From Coriobacteriia bacterium (lineage in GTDB: Bacteria; Actinomycetota; Coriobacteriia; Coriobacteriales; UBA8131), in the NCBI GenBank assembly GCA_009784945.1, contig WQXH01000006.1:1658-65657 (forward strand): a stretch of 64,000 bases of DNA, read 5' to 3'. Below are positions 47,088-57,232 of the stretch, in pieces. A model generated the notes under the pieces. That model searched no databases, was not told the DNA's origin, and saw only the letters and a list, made by a program, of their open reading frames with translations. The first letter of the stretch is position 1. Every line of letters begins with the position of its first letter. Position numbers and translations under genes: made by a program.

Positions 47088-50000
47088 TCAGCTATCTCCG
47101 TCAGCTTGTTCTACAGGAGCTTCTGAGCTGCCACGCGAGGCATAGTTGATGGCCTGCTCCAAGCGCTGGCTCACCAGCTTTGACACACCGGCGGCCTGCA
47201 TGGTTACTCCGTAAAGCACATCGGCAGACTCCATGGTACGGCGTTGGTGGCTCACCATGATTATTTGTGTCTTGGAGCGCAGGTGATTGAGGTAGTCAAG
47301 GAGCCGCATTAAGTTGGAATCATCTAAGGCAGCCTCTACCTCGTCAAGTACATAAAAAGGCACCTTGCGCACACTGTACACCGCAAGTACCAGCGCCAGG
47401 GCAACGAGCGATTTTTCGCCGCCGCTCATCATGGAGAGCTTGAGAATCTTCTTGCCCGCAGGCTGAGCAGAGACCTCTATGCCTTGCTGGTCGGGATCAT
47501 CTCCTTGAATGAGAATGAGCTCTCCCTTTCCTTGAGGAAAGAGGATGGAGATTATCTCTTGATAGCTCTGATTAATTTTGGTAAAGGTCTCGAGAAATTG
47601 GTTGCGCATCTTACGGTCGAGAGCCTGGGATATCTTGGCAAGTGCCTTGCGCGCTTCAATAAGGTCGGCAATTTGCTCTTCCATGTAGTCGCGGCGAGCC
47701 TTGAGTGCAGTGTACTCTTCCATGGCAACCTGGTTAACTGCACCCAGATTGGCAATTTGCGAACGAAGACGATGGGCACGTTCTTCTGAAGAGACCCGGT
47801 CGACAATTGTGGGCAGCTCAAGTGCGGCCTCCAGGGAGGTCTCATGCTCAGCGGTAATACGCTGCATGGCATACTGCACGCTGCTTTCGAGTTTTCCTTG
47901 CTCAACGAGTATGGCAGTGCGGCGCTCGTTAATCTCTGCCAGCGCGTCGCGGGCATCTTGTGCCGCCTGCGAGGCTTCGTTGATAACCTCACGTAAATTG
48001 ACCGAGTCGGTCTGCTCAAGCAGAGCCTGGTCATGCAATCGTCGAGCCCAGGCATTGGCACCAGCGTGCATCTCTTGATACAGCTTGTAGAGCGGATCAA
48101 TGCGCAGGTGTATGAGACCGAGCGAGCTGGCGGTTTTTGAGGAAACCTCTACGGTCTGCTCCAATCCAACTATTTGAGAGTCAAGGGCTTTGATGCGGTT
48201 GGTAAGATGCATTTGCGAACTCTTATGAGCCTCCATCTCGTATTTACACTCAGTGAGCTTGCTTGAGTAGAGGTCGCGCTCTTCTGTAGCCAAGAGCAGT
48301 TGGCTTGAGGCTTCTTCTACCTCTTCTTTCAGGTTTGCAATATCTATCTGCAGGGCATCAATACGTGTGGTGTATTCTCCCTGAAGAGGTGCCGCGGTGT
48401 CTCTGCGACGCGCAACATCCTTAATCTTGCGCTTAGCCTCATTGCTTCTATGCTCCAGCTGCAGCAAGCTGTTTTTGAGGCGCTCCATTTCTTGCTCGGC
48501 CATCTCTCTTTCGGCAGAGATCTTTGCCTGCTGTTGAGCAATCTCCAAATTGGCTGCTTGGGCTTCCTTAAGCCTTTCTTCTGCAACAGAAACCTCTAGC
48601 TCGACATTGGTTACTTCTGCCGCGTAGAGTTCGATTTCATCATTGAGCTTGTCGATGTTGCGGCGGCGCTGCAACACTCCGTCTACATCGCCGAGCATGA
48701 ATCCAACGGTGAGCTTTCCGTTAGGCCACACTATCTGACCGTCAGGTGTAATGAATCGAGCTCCCGTGTTATCTTCGTGATGCGCTTTGAGAGCTTCATC
48801 AATACCTGCAACAAGATACACGTCTCCCAGTAAGGCAGACACTGCTCCATAGTGCTTGGGTGGATACTCCAGATAATCAATGAGACGAACTCCCTTGCTG
48901 GCTCTTTGCGTGCTGATGGCCATGCCGGTAAGCGGAAGGACGGCTAAAGCCGACTGGGCTAGACCCTCTTTGGCATTTGTCTTGGCCAGCTGAGACAAAT
49001 GTTCTATCAGCTCGCGGCCAGCGTCACTGTCTGCTACCAGCAGCGCAAAGAAATCTGTGCCTAAAAGACGTTCTACCAGGCTTTCCATTTGCTCGGTATT
49101 GATGCCTAACGGCAGAGTGTTTTCCTGCTTGACATGCAGTGAGTCAGACAGCGGTCCAATAATGCCTCTATGTCGTGCCTTATTTTCTACTGCCCACGTA
49201 AGTGCAGGTGTAGCAGCTTCCATGGCTCGATCCACCTCTTCAAGGCTGACACAGCGAGCCTTGGCATTGAGATGCTCAGCGTTCTTTTCGTCCAGGCGGC
49301 CTTTACGCTCGTCAAGAAGGCGTAGGTGTTTAGCTATTTCGCTATGAGAGAGGTCTGACTCTCGCTTAAGCTTATCTAAATCCTGCTTGGCAAGACTTAC
49401 GATCTGTTGACGCTCGCCTATAAGCTCTCGGCATGCGTTGATCTCTTCTGTCAGCTGTTGTACACGCTCGTCAAGAAGCCCTTGTTCCACGTCGAGGGAG
49501 GCAAGGGAGTCAGAGGTCTTGACCAGGTTGCCGCGAGTGGACTCAAGCGCACTTTCTTGTGCGCGCAGCTTTACGGCAGTGCGTTCGTAGCCTTCTTCTG
49601 CTGCCCTGCGCCCTTTGGTGGCAATTTCGGACTCGCGAGTAAGCGTATTGAAATTTGTGTACATGGCTGACTGGCGACCTTCGCCGGAAGAAAACTCCTT
49701 GGCAAGCTGTTCGCGCTCATTTCGCGCCTCGCTTAAACGAGACTCGCCATTGTAGATGGTGGCGCGCAAATCGCTCAGGCGGCTCACCATATTCTTTCCT
49801 TTTTCCTCTAACAGGAGCATGGTGGCGTCAAGACGTTGAATTATGGAAAGAACGCGTATGCGCTGCTCGTTGATGTCGCCAACAAAGAGTCCCTTTTCTT
49901 CTAAGATGTGCTGGCGTTTAGCCAACTCTGCCTCGCGCTCGGAAAGACGGAAGTTGGCCAGCTCGGCCTCAGCGTCTATTTCGTTGATTTTGCCCGAAAG

Positions 50001-50729
50001 TACACTCCACTCGGTTTGTAGGCTCCTGAGCTCGTCTACCGCAAGCGCCAGGTCTATACTGCGCAGTTCGTTTTTTGCCTCAGCGTATTTCTCGGCACGC
50101 TTTGCCTGACGCTCGAGGGGGCGAAGCTGTTGTTCTATGACGGAAATAATATCGCCGACACGCTCAAGTGTAGTGTCCATACGATCCAGCTTGCGCCCTG
50201 CAGCCTCTTTACGCTTCTTATGCTTAAGAACACCGGCAGCATCCTCTAAAAACGCATGACGATCCTCCGGGCGCGACTCCAATATTGCCGTGAGGTTTCC
50301 TTGACCTATGATGGAGTTGACCGTTCCACCAATGCCAGAGTCGTAGAGTATGTCGATGATGTCGCGGCGGCGACAGGGGGATTTATTAATGAAGTATTCG
50401 CTCTCACCGCTTCGATACATGCGCCGAGAGATAGACACCTGATCAAATTCAACTGGCAGGGTGTTGTCTGAGTTATCGAGGACCAAATCGACCTCGGCAA
50501 CACCCACCGCTTCACGGGCACTCGACCCAGAAAAGATAAGTTCCTCAAGCGACTGAACCCTGAGGCTGCGCGGATTTCTCTCTCCTAAAACCCAGAGTAT
50601 GGCTTCGGAGATATTGGATTTGCCTGCGCCGTTTGGCCCCACAATAACAGAAATACCGGGCTCAAAATTAACCGCGGTTCGGTCTGCAAACGACTTGAAG
50701 CCTTTTATTACGAGTGACTTTAAATACAT
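47088..50729 (-). CDS. smc: Chromosome segregation protein SMC
   Basis: 1213 aa. N-terminus MYLKSLVIKGFKSFADRT...GPNGAGKSNI, long coiled coils, a hinge, and a C-terminal LSGGEKSL...FYVLDEVEAALD. Confidence 0.96.
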   Translation of the reverse strand: MYLKSLVIKGFKSFADRTAVNFEPGISVIVGPNGAGKSNISEAILWVLGERNPRSLRVQSLEELIFSGSSAREAVGVAEVDLVLDNSDNTLPVEFDQVSISRRMYRSGESEYFINKSPCRRRDIIDILYDSGIGGTVNSIIGQGNLTAILESRPEDRHAFLEDAAGVLKHKKRKEAAGRKLDRMDTTLERVGDIISVIEQQLRPLERQAKRAEKYAEAKNELRSIDLALAVDELRSLQTEWSVLSGKINEIDAEAELANFRLSEREAELAKRQHILEEKGLFVGDINEQRIRVLSIIQRLDATMLLLEEKGKNMVSRLSDLRATIYNGESRLSEARNEREQLAKEFSSGEGRQSAMYTNFNTLTRESEIATKGRRAAEEGYERTAVKLRAQESALESTRGNLVKTSDSLASLDVEQGLLDERVQQLTEEINACRELIGERQQIVSLAKQDLDKLKRESDLSHSEIAKHLRLLDERKGRLDEKNAEHLNAKARCVSLEEVDRAMEAATPALTWAVENKARHRGIIGPLSDSLHVKQENTLPLGINTEQMESLVERLLGTDFFALLVADSDAGRELIEHLSQLAKTNAKEGLAQSALAVLPLTGMAISTQRASKGVRLIDYLEYPPKHYGAVSALLGDVYLVAGIDEALKAHHEDNTGARFITPDGQIVWPNGKLTVGFMLGDVDGVLQRRRNIDKLNDEIELYAAEVTNVELEVSVAEERLKEAQAANLEIAQQQAKISAEREMAEQEMERLKNSLLQLEHRSNEAKRKIKDVARRRDTAAPLQGEYTTRIDALQIDIANLKEEVEEASSQLLLATEERDLYSSKLTECKYEMEAHKSSQMHLTNRIKALDSQIVGLEQTVEVSSKTASSLGLIHLRIDPLYKLYQEMHAGANAWARRLHDQALLEQTDSVNLREVINEASQAAQDARDALAEINERRTAILVEQGKLESSVQYAMQRITAEHETSLEAALELPTIVDRVSSEERAHRLRSQIANLGAVNQVAMEEYTALKARRDYMEEQIADLIEARKALAKISQALDRKMRNQFLETFTKINQSYQEIISILFPQGKGELILIQGDDPDQQGIEVSAQPAGKKILKLSMMSGGEKSLVALALVLAVYSVRKVPFYVLDEVEAALDDSNLMRLLDYLNHLRSKTQIIMVSHQRRTMESADVLYGVTMQAAGVSKLVSQRLEQAINYASRGSSEAPVEQADGDS

Positions 50730-50738
50730 AGGATCATT

Positions 50739-51506
50739 TTAGCGTTTCTTGTCGTCATCGTGGTGCTCTTCTTGAGCCTTTAAATGCTCTAGAGCCTTTG
50801 CAGCTGCGTCCATCTCGGCGTCTTTCTTTGAATGCCCCGAGCCCTTGGCGAGCACGGTGCTTCCCGACAGCACCCGAGCCGTAAAGAGCCTGTCATGGGG
50901 AGGACCGAGGGTGTCAATTATCTCATAGGTGGGAGTGATATGATCTGTTTGCAGCAACTCTTGCAGCATCGATTTGGGGTTTTCTGGCTCGCTTGCCACG
51001 CTGGTGTTAATTAAAGGCGCAAGGGTGCGCAAGACAAAACTGCGCGCTACATCCATTCCACCGTCTATGGTAAGCGCACCGACGAGCGCTTCGTAAACGT
51101 TTTCGAGAGCCGAATGCAAGCCGCGCCTGCCGGTTCCTCTCTCCGAAGACCCAAAGATAATGAGCCTCTCGATTTTGAGCTCCTCTGCAAGCCTGGCAAG
51201 CGTATTTCCGGCCACTGCAGAGACCTTGAGTCGAGTTAAAGCGCCCTCATCAAGACGGGGAAATCTATCATATATCTCTTTGGCGATGATGGCACCCAGT
51301 ATGGAGTCGCCCAGGAATTCGAGTCGCTCATAAGACCCGGGAAAGTCGTTTCCGTCCGAGGCAGAAGGATGGGTCAGTGCCAAGAGCAGTGTCTGTCGGT
51401 CATTAAATCGATAATTGAGAAGCTCCTCAGCTTTGCTGAGCCTCTCGGCATGTTGTTCTACCTTGGGTATAGCATGCTCTTCTTTCTTATGCATTGCCTT
51501 GTCCAT
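50739..51506 (-). CDS. rnc: Ribonuclease III
   Basis: Signature ERLEFLGDSILG and a C-terminal dsRBD (AKGSGHSKKDAEMDAAAKAL). Confidence 0.93.
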   Translation of the reverse strand: MDKAMHKKEEHAIPKVEQHAERLSKAEELLNYRFNDRQTLLLALTHPSASDGNDFPGSYERLEFLGDSILGAIIAKEIYDRFPRLDEGALTRLKVSAVAGNTLARLAEELKIERLIIFGSSERGTGRRGLHSALENVYEALVGALTIDGGMDVARSFVLRTLAPLINTSVASEPENPKSMLQELLQTDHITPTYEIIDTLGPPHDRLFTARVLSGSTVLAKGSGHSKKDAEMDAAAKALEHLKAQEEHHDDDKKR

Positions 51507-51515
51507 GATACGACC

Positions 51516-52574
51516 CTAGGAAGTAACAGCTTTGGCGATAAGTTCTGGAACACGTCTGCGTGTTGCCGTTGCCGTTGCCCGTATTCCGTTGGCAATGGCT
51601 ACAGCGTTAGACGATCCATGCCCAATTCCTACCGGCGCTTGCAGACCAAGGAGCGGTGCCCCGCCGATGGCATCTATGTCCATGTGGTTTTTTAGCGCAG
51701 TAAGATCCTTCTTGATGACCGCAGCTGCGAGCTTATTTATTGTTGAGGCATAAAAAATGTCTTTGAGTTCTTTAAAGAGGCCAGAAACCAGACCCTCCAT
51801 GGTCTTGAGGACTATGTTTCCGGTAAAGCCATCAGTGGTAATGACATCAAAGGTGCCGGCAAAGAGATCATTGCCCTCGGCATTACCTGCAAATCCGTTG
51901 ATATTGTCCTTGAGGAGCACATAGGCATCCTGAGCAAGTTGGGAGCCCTTGGTGTCTTCTTCTCCCACATTAAGCAGGCCTACGCGTGGGTTTTTAACAC
52001 CCAAAACATCGCGGGCATATATCTCGCCCATGGCGGCAAATTGCAGGAGGTATTCTGCTTCTACATCCGCATTGGCACCAGCATCGATCAACACCACGTT
52101 GCCTTTGGGGGCTGGGATTACGGTGGCAATGGCGGGACGCTTGACGCCCCTCACCCTACCGATAATAAGAGTAGCCGCCGTCATGGCTCCGCCGGTAGAG
52201 CCCGCAGAAAAAAAGGCGTCTCCCCTGCCTTCCTTAACGAGGCGGCAGCCTACTACGATAGAAGAATCCTTCTTCTGCTTAACAGCTAGGGCTGGGTGCT
52301 CATTCATCTCTATAACCTCGGTACTTGCTACGAGTTCTACGCGATGCGGAAACTGTTCTTTGAGCAAGCTTGAGGCATCAACGTTACCAACCATGATGAA
52401 CTTGATGCCAAGATCCTCTGCCCGAGTGGACTCAAGTACTTGACGCGCGCCATCAACCACCACCTGGGGAGCACCATCGCCGCCCATAGCATCAACAACA
52501 ACGCACACCTCTTGGTGCTCGGCGTTGGCCGGTGGAGTGTGTGGATTTGATTGCGTGTTTACGAGGTCTTTCAT
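51516..52574 (-). CDS. plsX: Phosphate acyltransferase PlsX
   Basis: VVVDAMGGDGAP, GNVVLIDAGAN, GGAPLLG. ATG at 52574 within the longer listed ORF. Confidence 0.93.
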   Translation of the reverse strand: MKDLVNTQSNPHTPPANAEHQEVCVVVDAMGGDGAPQVVVDGARQVLESTRAEDLGIKFIMVGNVDASSLLKEQFPHRVELVASTEVIEMNEHPALAVKQKKDSSIVVGCRLVKEGRGDAFFSAGSTGGAMTAATLIIGRVRGVKRPAIATVIPAPKGNVVLIDAGANADVEAEYLLQFAAMGEIYARDVLGVKNPRVGLLNVGEEDTKGSQLAQDAYVLLKDNINGFAGNAEGNDLFAGTFDVITTDGFTGNIVLKTMEGLVSGLFKELKDIFYASTINKLAAAVIKKDLTALKNHMDIDAIGGAPLLGLQAPVGIGHGSSNAVAIANGIRATATATRRRVPELIAKAVTS

Positions 52575-52578
52575 AGAC

Positions 52579-52758
52579 CTACTCCGTGCTAAGAACCTCG
52601 CGACCGTTATACGTGCCGCAGTTGCCACAAACATAGTGTGGTAGCTTAACGACACCGCACTGCTCGCACAGGGAGCGAGGAGCTGGCTTGAGGACGTTAT
52701 TAGCACTACGACGAGCATGCGTTACCGCACGACCGGTTTTTCTCTTGGGTACAGCCAT
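52579..52758 (-). CDS. rpmF: 50S ribosomal protein L32
   Basis: MAVPKRKTGRAVTHARR...CEQCG...CGNCG zinc ribbon. ATG at 52758. Confidence 0.9.
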   Translation of the reverse strand: MAVPKRKTGRAVTHARRSANNVLKPAPRSLCEQCGVVKLPHYVCGNCGTYNGREVLSTE

Positions 52759-52910
52759 TTTGGTGATCCTCTCAAATGATTCTCTCAATGTGATGGTTTC
52801 GTTATTGCGGGCTTATTATTAGCCGGAATCGCACTGACGAAATCATCAGACCTTCACGTCAACAAACCGTGTTGACACAGCCGATTATTGTACCATAACA
52901 ATCATTTTTG

Positions 52911-53879
52911 TCACGCACGAGGGTGAGCCTGTTTAGTGACCTTTTGCAGGTGTTCTATAGAGAGATGGGTATAGATTTGAGTAGTCGTAAGTTGTTCGTG
53001 TCCCAGGAGCTCTTGCACGCTTCTCAGATCGGCGCCGCCACAGAGCATGGAGGTGGCAAAGCTATGGCGGATGTCGTGAGGTGTAATTGAGCTGTCTACT
53101 CCGACTCGCATGAGTCTTTTTTTAAAAGCTACTCTGATGCTATCGGCACTGAGCGGCCTTCCGCTCTTGCCAAGGAACACCCGGTTAAGCTCTTGCTCGT
53201 CAAGCTTTTTGCTCTGAATGAGTCTTGGCCTGGCCTCTTCGATGTATCGATTGAGCTTTTTAAGTGCCAGAGCATGCAAGGGCACCAGGCGTTCTTTCTT
53301 ACCCTTGCCCCAGTAGCGTATCAGCTGCTCTCTGGCATCTATGTCTTGCAAGCGCAAAAAAGCAAGTTCAGAAATGCGAGCGCCGGTGGCAAACATCAGC
53401 TCAAAAAGGGCATCATCTCGCAAGTCTACTGGCTCACCGGTGCTTGAAGCCTGCAAAAGCTTTTCCAGATCTGCGTCGCTTACCACGCGCGGGAGCTGGC
53501 GAGGGCTCTTTGGGCCCGAGATGGCCGTGGCGGTACTCCGTGCAATTCCTTGCTCGGCACACCAGCGCAAAAAAGAACGAGTAGATGAGAGGTGGCGGTT
53601 TATTGATGCCTTGGAAAGCTCCTTAAGAGAGAGCGCTGCCAGATAAGAGCGCATACTGCGGCTGTCCAGACTGTTAAGATCGTAGCCCTCCGAGCTGAGC
53701 CACTCCGCAAAGCCCTGCAGGTCTTTATCATAGGCTCTCAGGCTATGCTCTGAGAAGTTTCGCTCAGCTTTCAGGGAGCTGAGGTAACTCTCAATGAGAT
53801 TGTTGATGTGTTGGATCATCTCGGGGCTGGAGTTTTGATGGGTAACCTGGCTCGGATCATGGTGTAGCTCTTGGCTCAT
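52911..53879 (-). CDS. xerC: Tyrosine site-specific recombinase XerC/XerD
   Basis: N-terminal SAM-like domain. Catalytic residues in ATGARISE, HDIRHSFAT, LLGHEQLTTTQIYTH. Sits in the trmFO-xerC arrangement. Confidence 0.9.
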   Translation of the reverse strand: MSQELHHDPSQVTHQNSSPEMIQHINNLIESYLSSLKAERNFSEHSLRAYDKDLQGFAEWLSSEGYDLNSLDSRSMRSYLAALSLKELSKASINRHLSSTRSFLRWCAEQGIARSTATAISGPKSPRQLPRVVSDADLEKLLQASSTGEPVDLRDDALFELMFATGARISELAFLRLQDIDAREQLIRYWGKGKKERLVPLHALALKKLNRYIEEARPRLIQSKKLDEQELNRVFLGKSGRPLSADSIRVAFKKRLMRVGVDSSITPHDIRHSFATSMLCGGADLRSVQELLGHEQLTTTQIYTHLSIEHLQKVTKQAHPRA

Positions 53880-53884
53880 GCTCT

Positions 53885-55285
53885 TCAGTACTCCTGCCTG
53901 TCTTGCACAACAGTCGGCAACCCATAGGATGGCAAGAAGTTCAGCCGCTGATTGCCTTGCACAAAAGCCTTGATGGCATCCAAGGCTCTTGCAGAGTAGG
54001 CTGAATAGCGCTCTCGTTTGCTTTTTATTCGCTGCTCCAGCGGCTCCATGAGTCCGTAGTTAACATGAAGAGGCTGATAGTGCTTGGTATCTTTATTGGT
54101 AGCGTAGCTCACCAGAGCACCAAAGGTGCTGTGCTTTGGCAGCCCAGGTGCTACAAAACCTCGTAGTACTGCATACGTGTTGAGCGCAGCATAGAGCCCC
54201 GAGGCAATGGCCTCAGTGTAGCCTTCTGTGCCCGTGATTTGCCCTGCAAAGCGCAGCTTGGGCTGCGCAGGCAGCTCAAATCCAGACCCGAGCGTAGCGG
54301 GTGCGTTAATGAAGGTATTGCGGTGCATGACCCCATAGCGCACAAAGATTGCTTGTTCAAACCCAGGGATTTGCCTCAAGACCTGCTCTTGCGCGCCAAA
54401 AGTGAGATTAGTCTGAAATCCCACAAGATTCCAGGCTGTGCCCTCGTTATTTTCGGCTCTGAGCTGAATGGCTGCATAGGGCCTTTGTTCACTTCCAGGG
54501 TAGGTGAGTCCAAGGGGCTTGAGCGCTCCATAGCGCAGTGCATCTACGCCACTTCGTGCCACCTCTTCTACCGGTTGACAGGCGCTGAAAAGCTCGCGCT
54601 TTTCAAAGTCTCGCACAATAACTCGCTTGGCATTAACCAAGCTATCAATCAGAGACACATACTGTTCTTTATTGAGCATTGCGTTGAGGTACTCGCCCTC
54701 CCCCTTGTCGAAGCGCGACTGCCGCACCAGCTTTTGCCTGTTGAGACTTTCTGCCTCCACAATAGGCGCTGCAGCATCAAAAAAAGCGAGATAGTTGCTG
54801 CCAATGAGCTGGGCTATTTCTTCTGCCAAGGCGTCTGAGGTCAGTGGGCCAGAGGCAACGATGACTTGATCGACTTTGGGGTTATCGAGCAAGCTCGCAA
54901 GGCTTATCAGCTCTTTGCGTACCACTTCAATTAAGGGGTGTGCTTCGATTTTTTGTGTTATTGCCGCAGCAAATCTGCTGCGCTCAAGGGCAAGAGCCAT
55001 GCCAGCAACAACCCTGCTCTCCAGTGCCTGCTTGAGCACAAAAGATCCCATGGCTGCCAACTCATGCTTGAGCGTTGCCGCCGCCGAAGGAAGCGCCAGG
55101 CTTTTAAGCGAGTTAGAGCACACAAGTTCTGCCAGATGCCCACTGTGGTGAGCCGGTGTCATGCGCCCAGGGCGCATCTCATAGAGTTGCACCTGCACTC
55201 CACGCTCCGCCAGTTGCCAGGCAGCCTCACTTCCAGCCAGCCCTCCTCCAACCACGCACACTATCTGTTGTTTTCCGTTTATCAT
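53885..55285 (-). CDS. trmFO: Methylenetetrahydrofolate-tRNA-(uracil54-C5)-methyltransferase TrmFO
   Basis: FAD-binding VVGGGLAGSEAAWQLA and CSNSLK. The ATG at 55285 (MINGKQ) is preferred over the GTG at 55312, because the 55286-55312 stretch would have been the tail of the upstream ORF before the MITE insertion. Confidence 0.92.
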   Translation of the reverse strand: MINGKQQIVCVVGGGLAGSEAAWQLAERGVQVQLYEMRPGRMTPAHHSGHLAELVCSNSLKSLALPSAAATLKHELAAMGSFVLKQALESRVVAGMALALERSRFAAAITQKIEAHPLIEVVRKELISLASLLDNPKVDQVIVASGPLTSDALAEEIAQLIGSNYLAFFDAAAPIVEAESLNRQKLVRQSRFDKGEGEYLNAMLNKEQYVSLIDSLVNAKRVIVRDFEKRELFSACQPVEEVARSGVDALRYGALKPLGLTYPGSEQRPYAAIQLRAENNEGTAWNLVGFQTNLTFGAQEQVLRQIPGFEQAIFVRYGVMHRNTFINAPATLGSGFELPAQPKLRFAGQITGTEGYTEAIASGLYAALNTYAVLRGFVAPGLPKHSTFGALVSYATNKDTKHYQPLHVNYGLMEPLEQRIKSKRERYSAYSARALDAIKAFVQGNQRLNFLPSYGLPTVVQDRQEY

Positions 55286-55319
55286 GTTACAAGTCACACC
55301 ATAGTCCGCCACTCTGTTG

Positions 55320-55428
55320 GTTACTAGTCAGACTGTAGTCCGTCATTGCGGCCTCCGAGCCGCAATCTAACCATAATGCGTCTCAGATTGCGGGTCAAGC
55401 CCGCAATGGCATTGGGTCTGATCAGTAA
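55320..55428 (-). mobile_element. MITE-like element, copy B (reverse orientation)
   Basis: The reverse complement is about 95% identical to copy A. Flanked by CTCTGTTGG on both sides (55312-55320 and 55431-55439), with a 1-2 nt register ambiguity. Confidence 0.7.
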
Positions 55429-56144
55429 CCCTCTGTTGGGGCTCGATGTTGCTTGATAATTCAACCACTTGAGGTTGGTAGAAAACCATGCTACTATTAT
55501 TCTTGAATTGGCACTCGGTTGAACTTCGGATCATCGCGGGTGCCTCACTTTTTTTCTTATCGTCACCACTTCCAAGAATCAAAACTGGAACTGTAAGCTT
55601 TGGCCTTCTTGACATAAGCTCCATTTCTATATCATGATTACTCAGCTGCGAGTCGGTGTTATCGGTGTTATCAATTACCAGCAAATTGACACCTTCTTTC
55701 TTCTTTGTGTTACCAATAGCATTGCTCACAACTGATGCAGCACTGCACGCTTTTTGATGAAACCCATTTTAGCTCTTTACCAAACCCATCATCTGCAAGA
55801 CCAACAGTCTGCCAATAGCCCTTCTGTTTATCATAGTAGTGCCTGTAATCATATTGAAAATGGAAGGGATATCCTCTTTGTGTCAACCTCTGAGCAGTGA
55901 TGAGCTCGTGAGGACGCATCTTCATAATGATAGTCTTTAATTTTTCATCTGCAAAACTAACAGTGGGGGTTAATCCAGATAGAACCCAAAGGATATCTCT
56001 TCTTTTAAGCTCTTCTTCTACCTGGCTTAGCTCTGCCGCTGTCAAGCTTGCCCCAATTCTCATGCCGAGTACTTCTAATGCATCCTCGATAGCAGCTCTA
56101 ATAGCTAAAGGGGCAATTGTCAGCTTACTTGTATCCAAGTACAC
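55367..56144 (-). pseudogene. AT-rich hypothetical gene split by a +1 frameshift at an A5 run and C-terminally replaced by MITE sequence; possible PD-(D/E)xK-type nuclease fold
   Basis: ORFs 55710..56144 and 55367..55729 overlap by 20 nt in adjacent frames near TCAAAAAGC. The last 19 codons of the second ORF are MITE-derived. The motif spacing HE..(44 aa)..DD..(4 aa)..ELK is weakly suggestive only. Confidence 0.45.
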
Positions 56145-56149
56145 TCATT

Positions 56150-57232
56150 TTAAATGCTTCTTCTTGGTTTGGTCATATAGCGGGCGTCTCTGAGTTTGAT
56201 TATCTGGCCGTCAATCTCCAGTTTGGTGATGACGCGAATTACTTCAACTACATCCTTGCTCAGCGCGCTGGCCAGTGCATCTGCTGTCATGGGGTTGGCG
56301 CTCAGGTCTTTAAGAATGCGCGCCGTTAGCTGTCTGAGGACAATTTCCTGTGGCCCAAGTGCATGCTTGGGCGCGGCACCTGGCTGCAAGCTGCTGACAA
56401 CTTCTTCTTGAGAGCAGTGCTCCGCTTGTGCATACAGATCAACGCAAGCCAGAGAGGCATATTCCGAGCCAAAAATGTGCTCAAGTGCATCATCAAAACT
56501 TTCATCATCGACAATTGGTAGAGCGCCCTGCACGAGCAGTCTGTTAGAGCCCCTTGACTCTTTTGAGTAAATGGGCCCGGGCACAACAAGCACTTCATTG
56601 CCAAGCGCCAGGGTGTGATCGGCTGTCTGAAAGGTTCCACTGGGCAAGCCGGCTTCAACGATGAGTGTGGCCTTTGCCAAGGCAGCAATGATGCGGTTGC
56701 GTTTGCTAAAGGCCCATGCAAGCGGCGCTGAACCCCAAGGTGCTTCTGAGAGAAGTACTCCCCTGGCAGCCAACACCTCCTTAAAAAGGCTGCGTGCTCG
56801 TAGTGGGTATACCACATCTGCCCCAGAACCCAACACTACTATCGTTTGTCCACCAGCCTCAAGTGCACCTTGGTGGGCAGCCATATCGCAACCAATGGCA
56901 CCGCCAGAGACAATCGTGATGCCTTTTTCAGCCGCCTTACGAGCAAAGCGCTGGGCACATTCCAAACCATAACTGGTAGCCTTGCGTGCCCCTACGATGG
57001 CAACGGCTGGCGCATTAAGGGCTTTAACGTTACCAAGGGCGTAGAGCTTCTTGGGTCTGTCTTTGAGCTCAAGCAGCTGATGAGGAAAAAGCGGGGAGCC
57101 AGGTAACAACTCAGAGCGCTCTGGCAGCACGCAATGCTGCTTACCTTGCTGCAGGGTCAGCTGTCTCAAATCGGCACTCTCGGATAATTCATCGAAGAGC
57201 GCTCTCGATGCCAGCTGCTTAGTGGCTCCCAT
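56150..57232 (-). CDS. dprA: DNA-processing protein DprA (Smf)
   Basis: Rossmann-like core AVAIVGARKATSYG...ITIVSGGAIGCDMAAHQGAL..GSGADVVYP, with a C-terminal winged helix. Confidence 0.92.
   Translation of the reverse strand: MGATKQLASRALFDELSESADLRQLTLQQGKQHCVLPERSELLPGSPLFPHQLLELKDRPKKLYALGNVKALNAPAVAIVGARKATSYGLECAQRFARKAAEKGITIVSGGAIGCDMAAHQGALEAGGQTIVVLGSGADVVYPLRARSLFKEVLAARGVLLSEAPWGSAPLAWAFSKRNRIIAALAKATLIVEAGLPSGTFQTADHTLALGNEVLVVPGPIYSKESRGSNRLLVQGALPIVDDESFDDALEHIFGSEYASLACVDLYAQAEHCSQEEVVSSLQPGAAPKHALGPQEIVLRQLTARILKDLSANPMTADALASALSKDVVEVIRVITKLEIDGQIIKLRDARYMTKPRRSI

Noticed and set aside
47552-48100. 182-aa minus-strand ORF and several plus-strand ORFs of 80-125 aa within smc, ffh and ftsY
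   Set aside because: They are alternative-frame or antisense ORFs inside long, unambiguously identified housekeeping genes.
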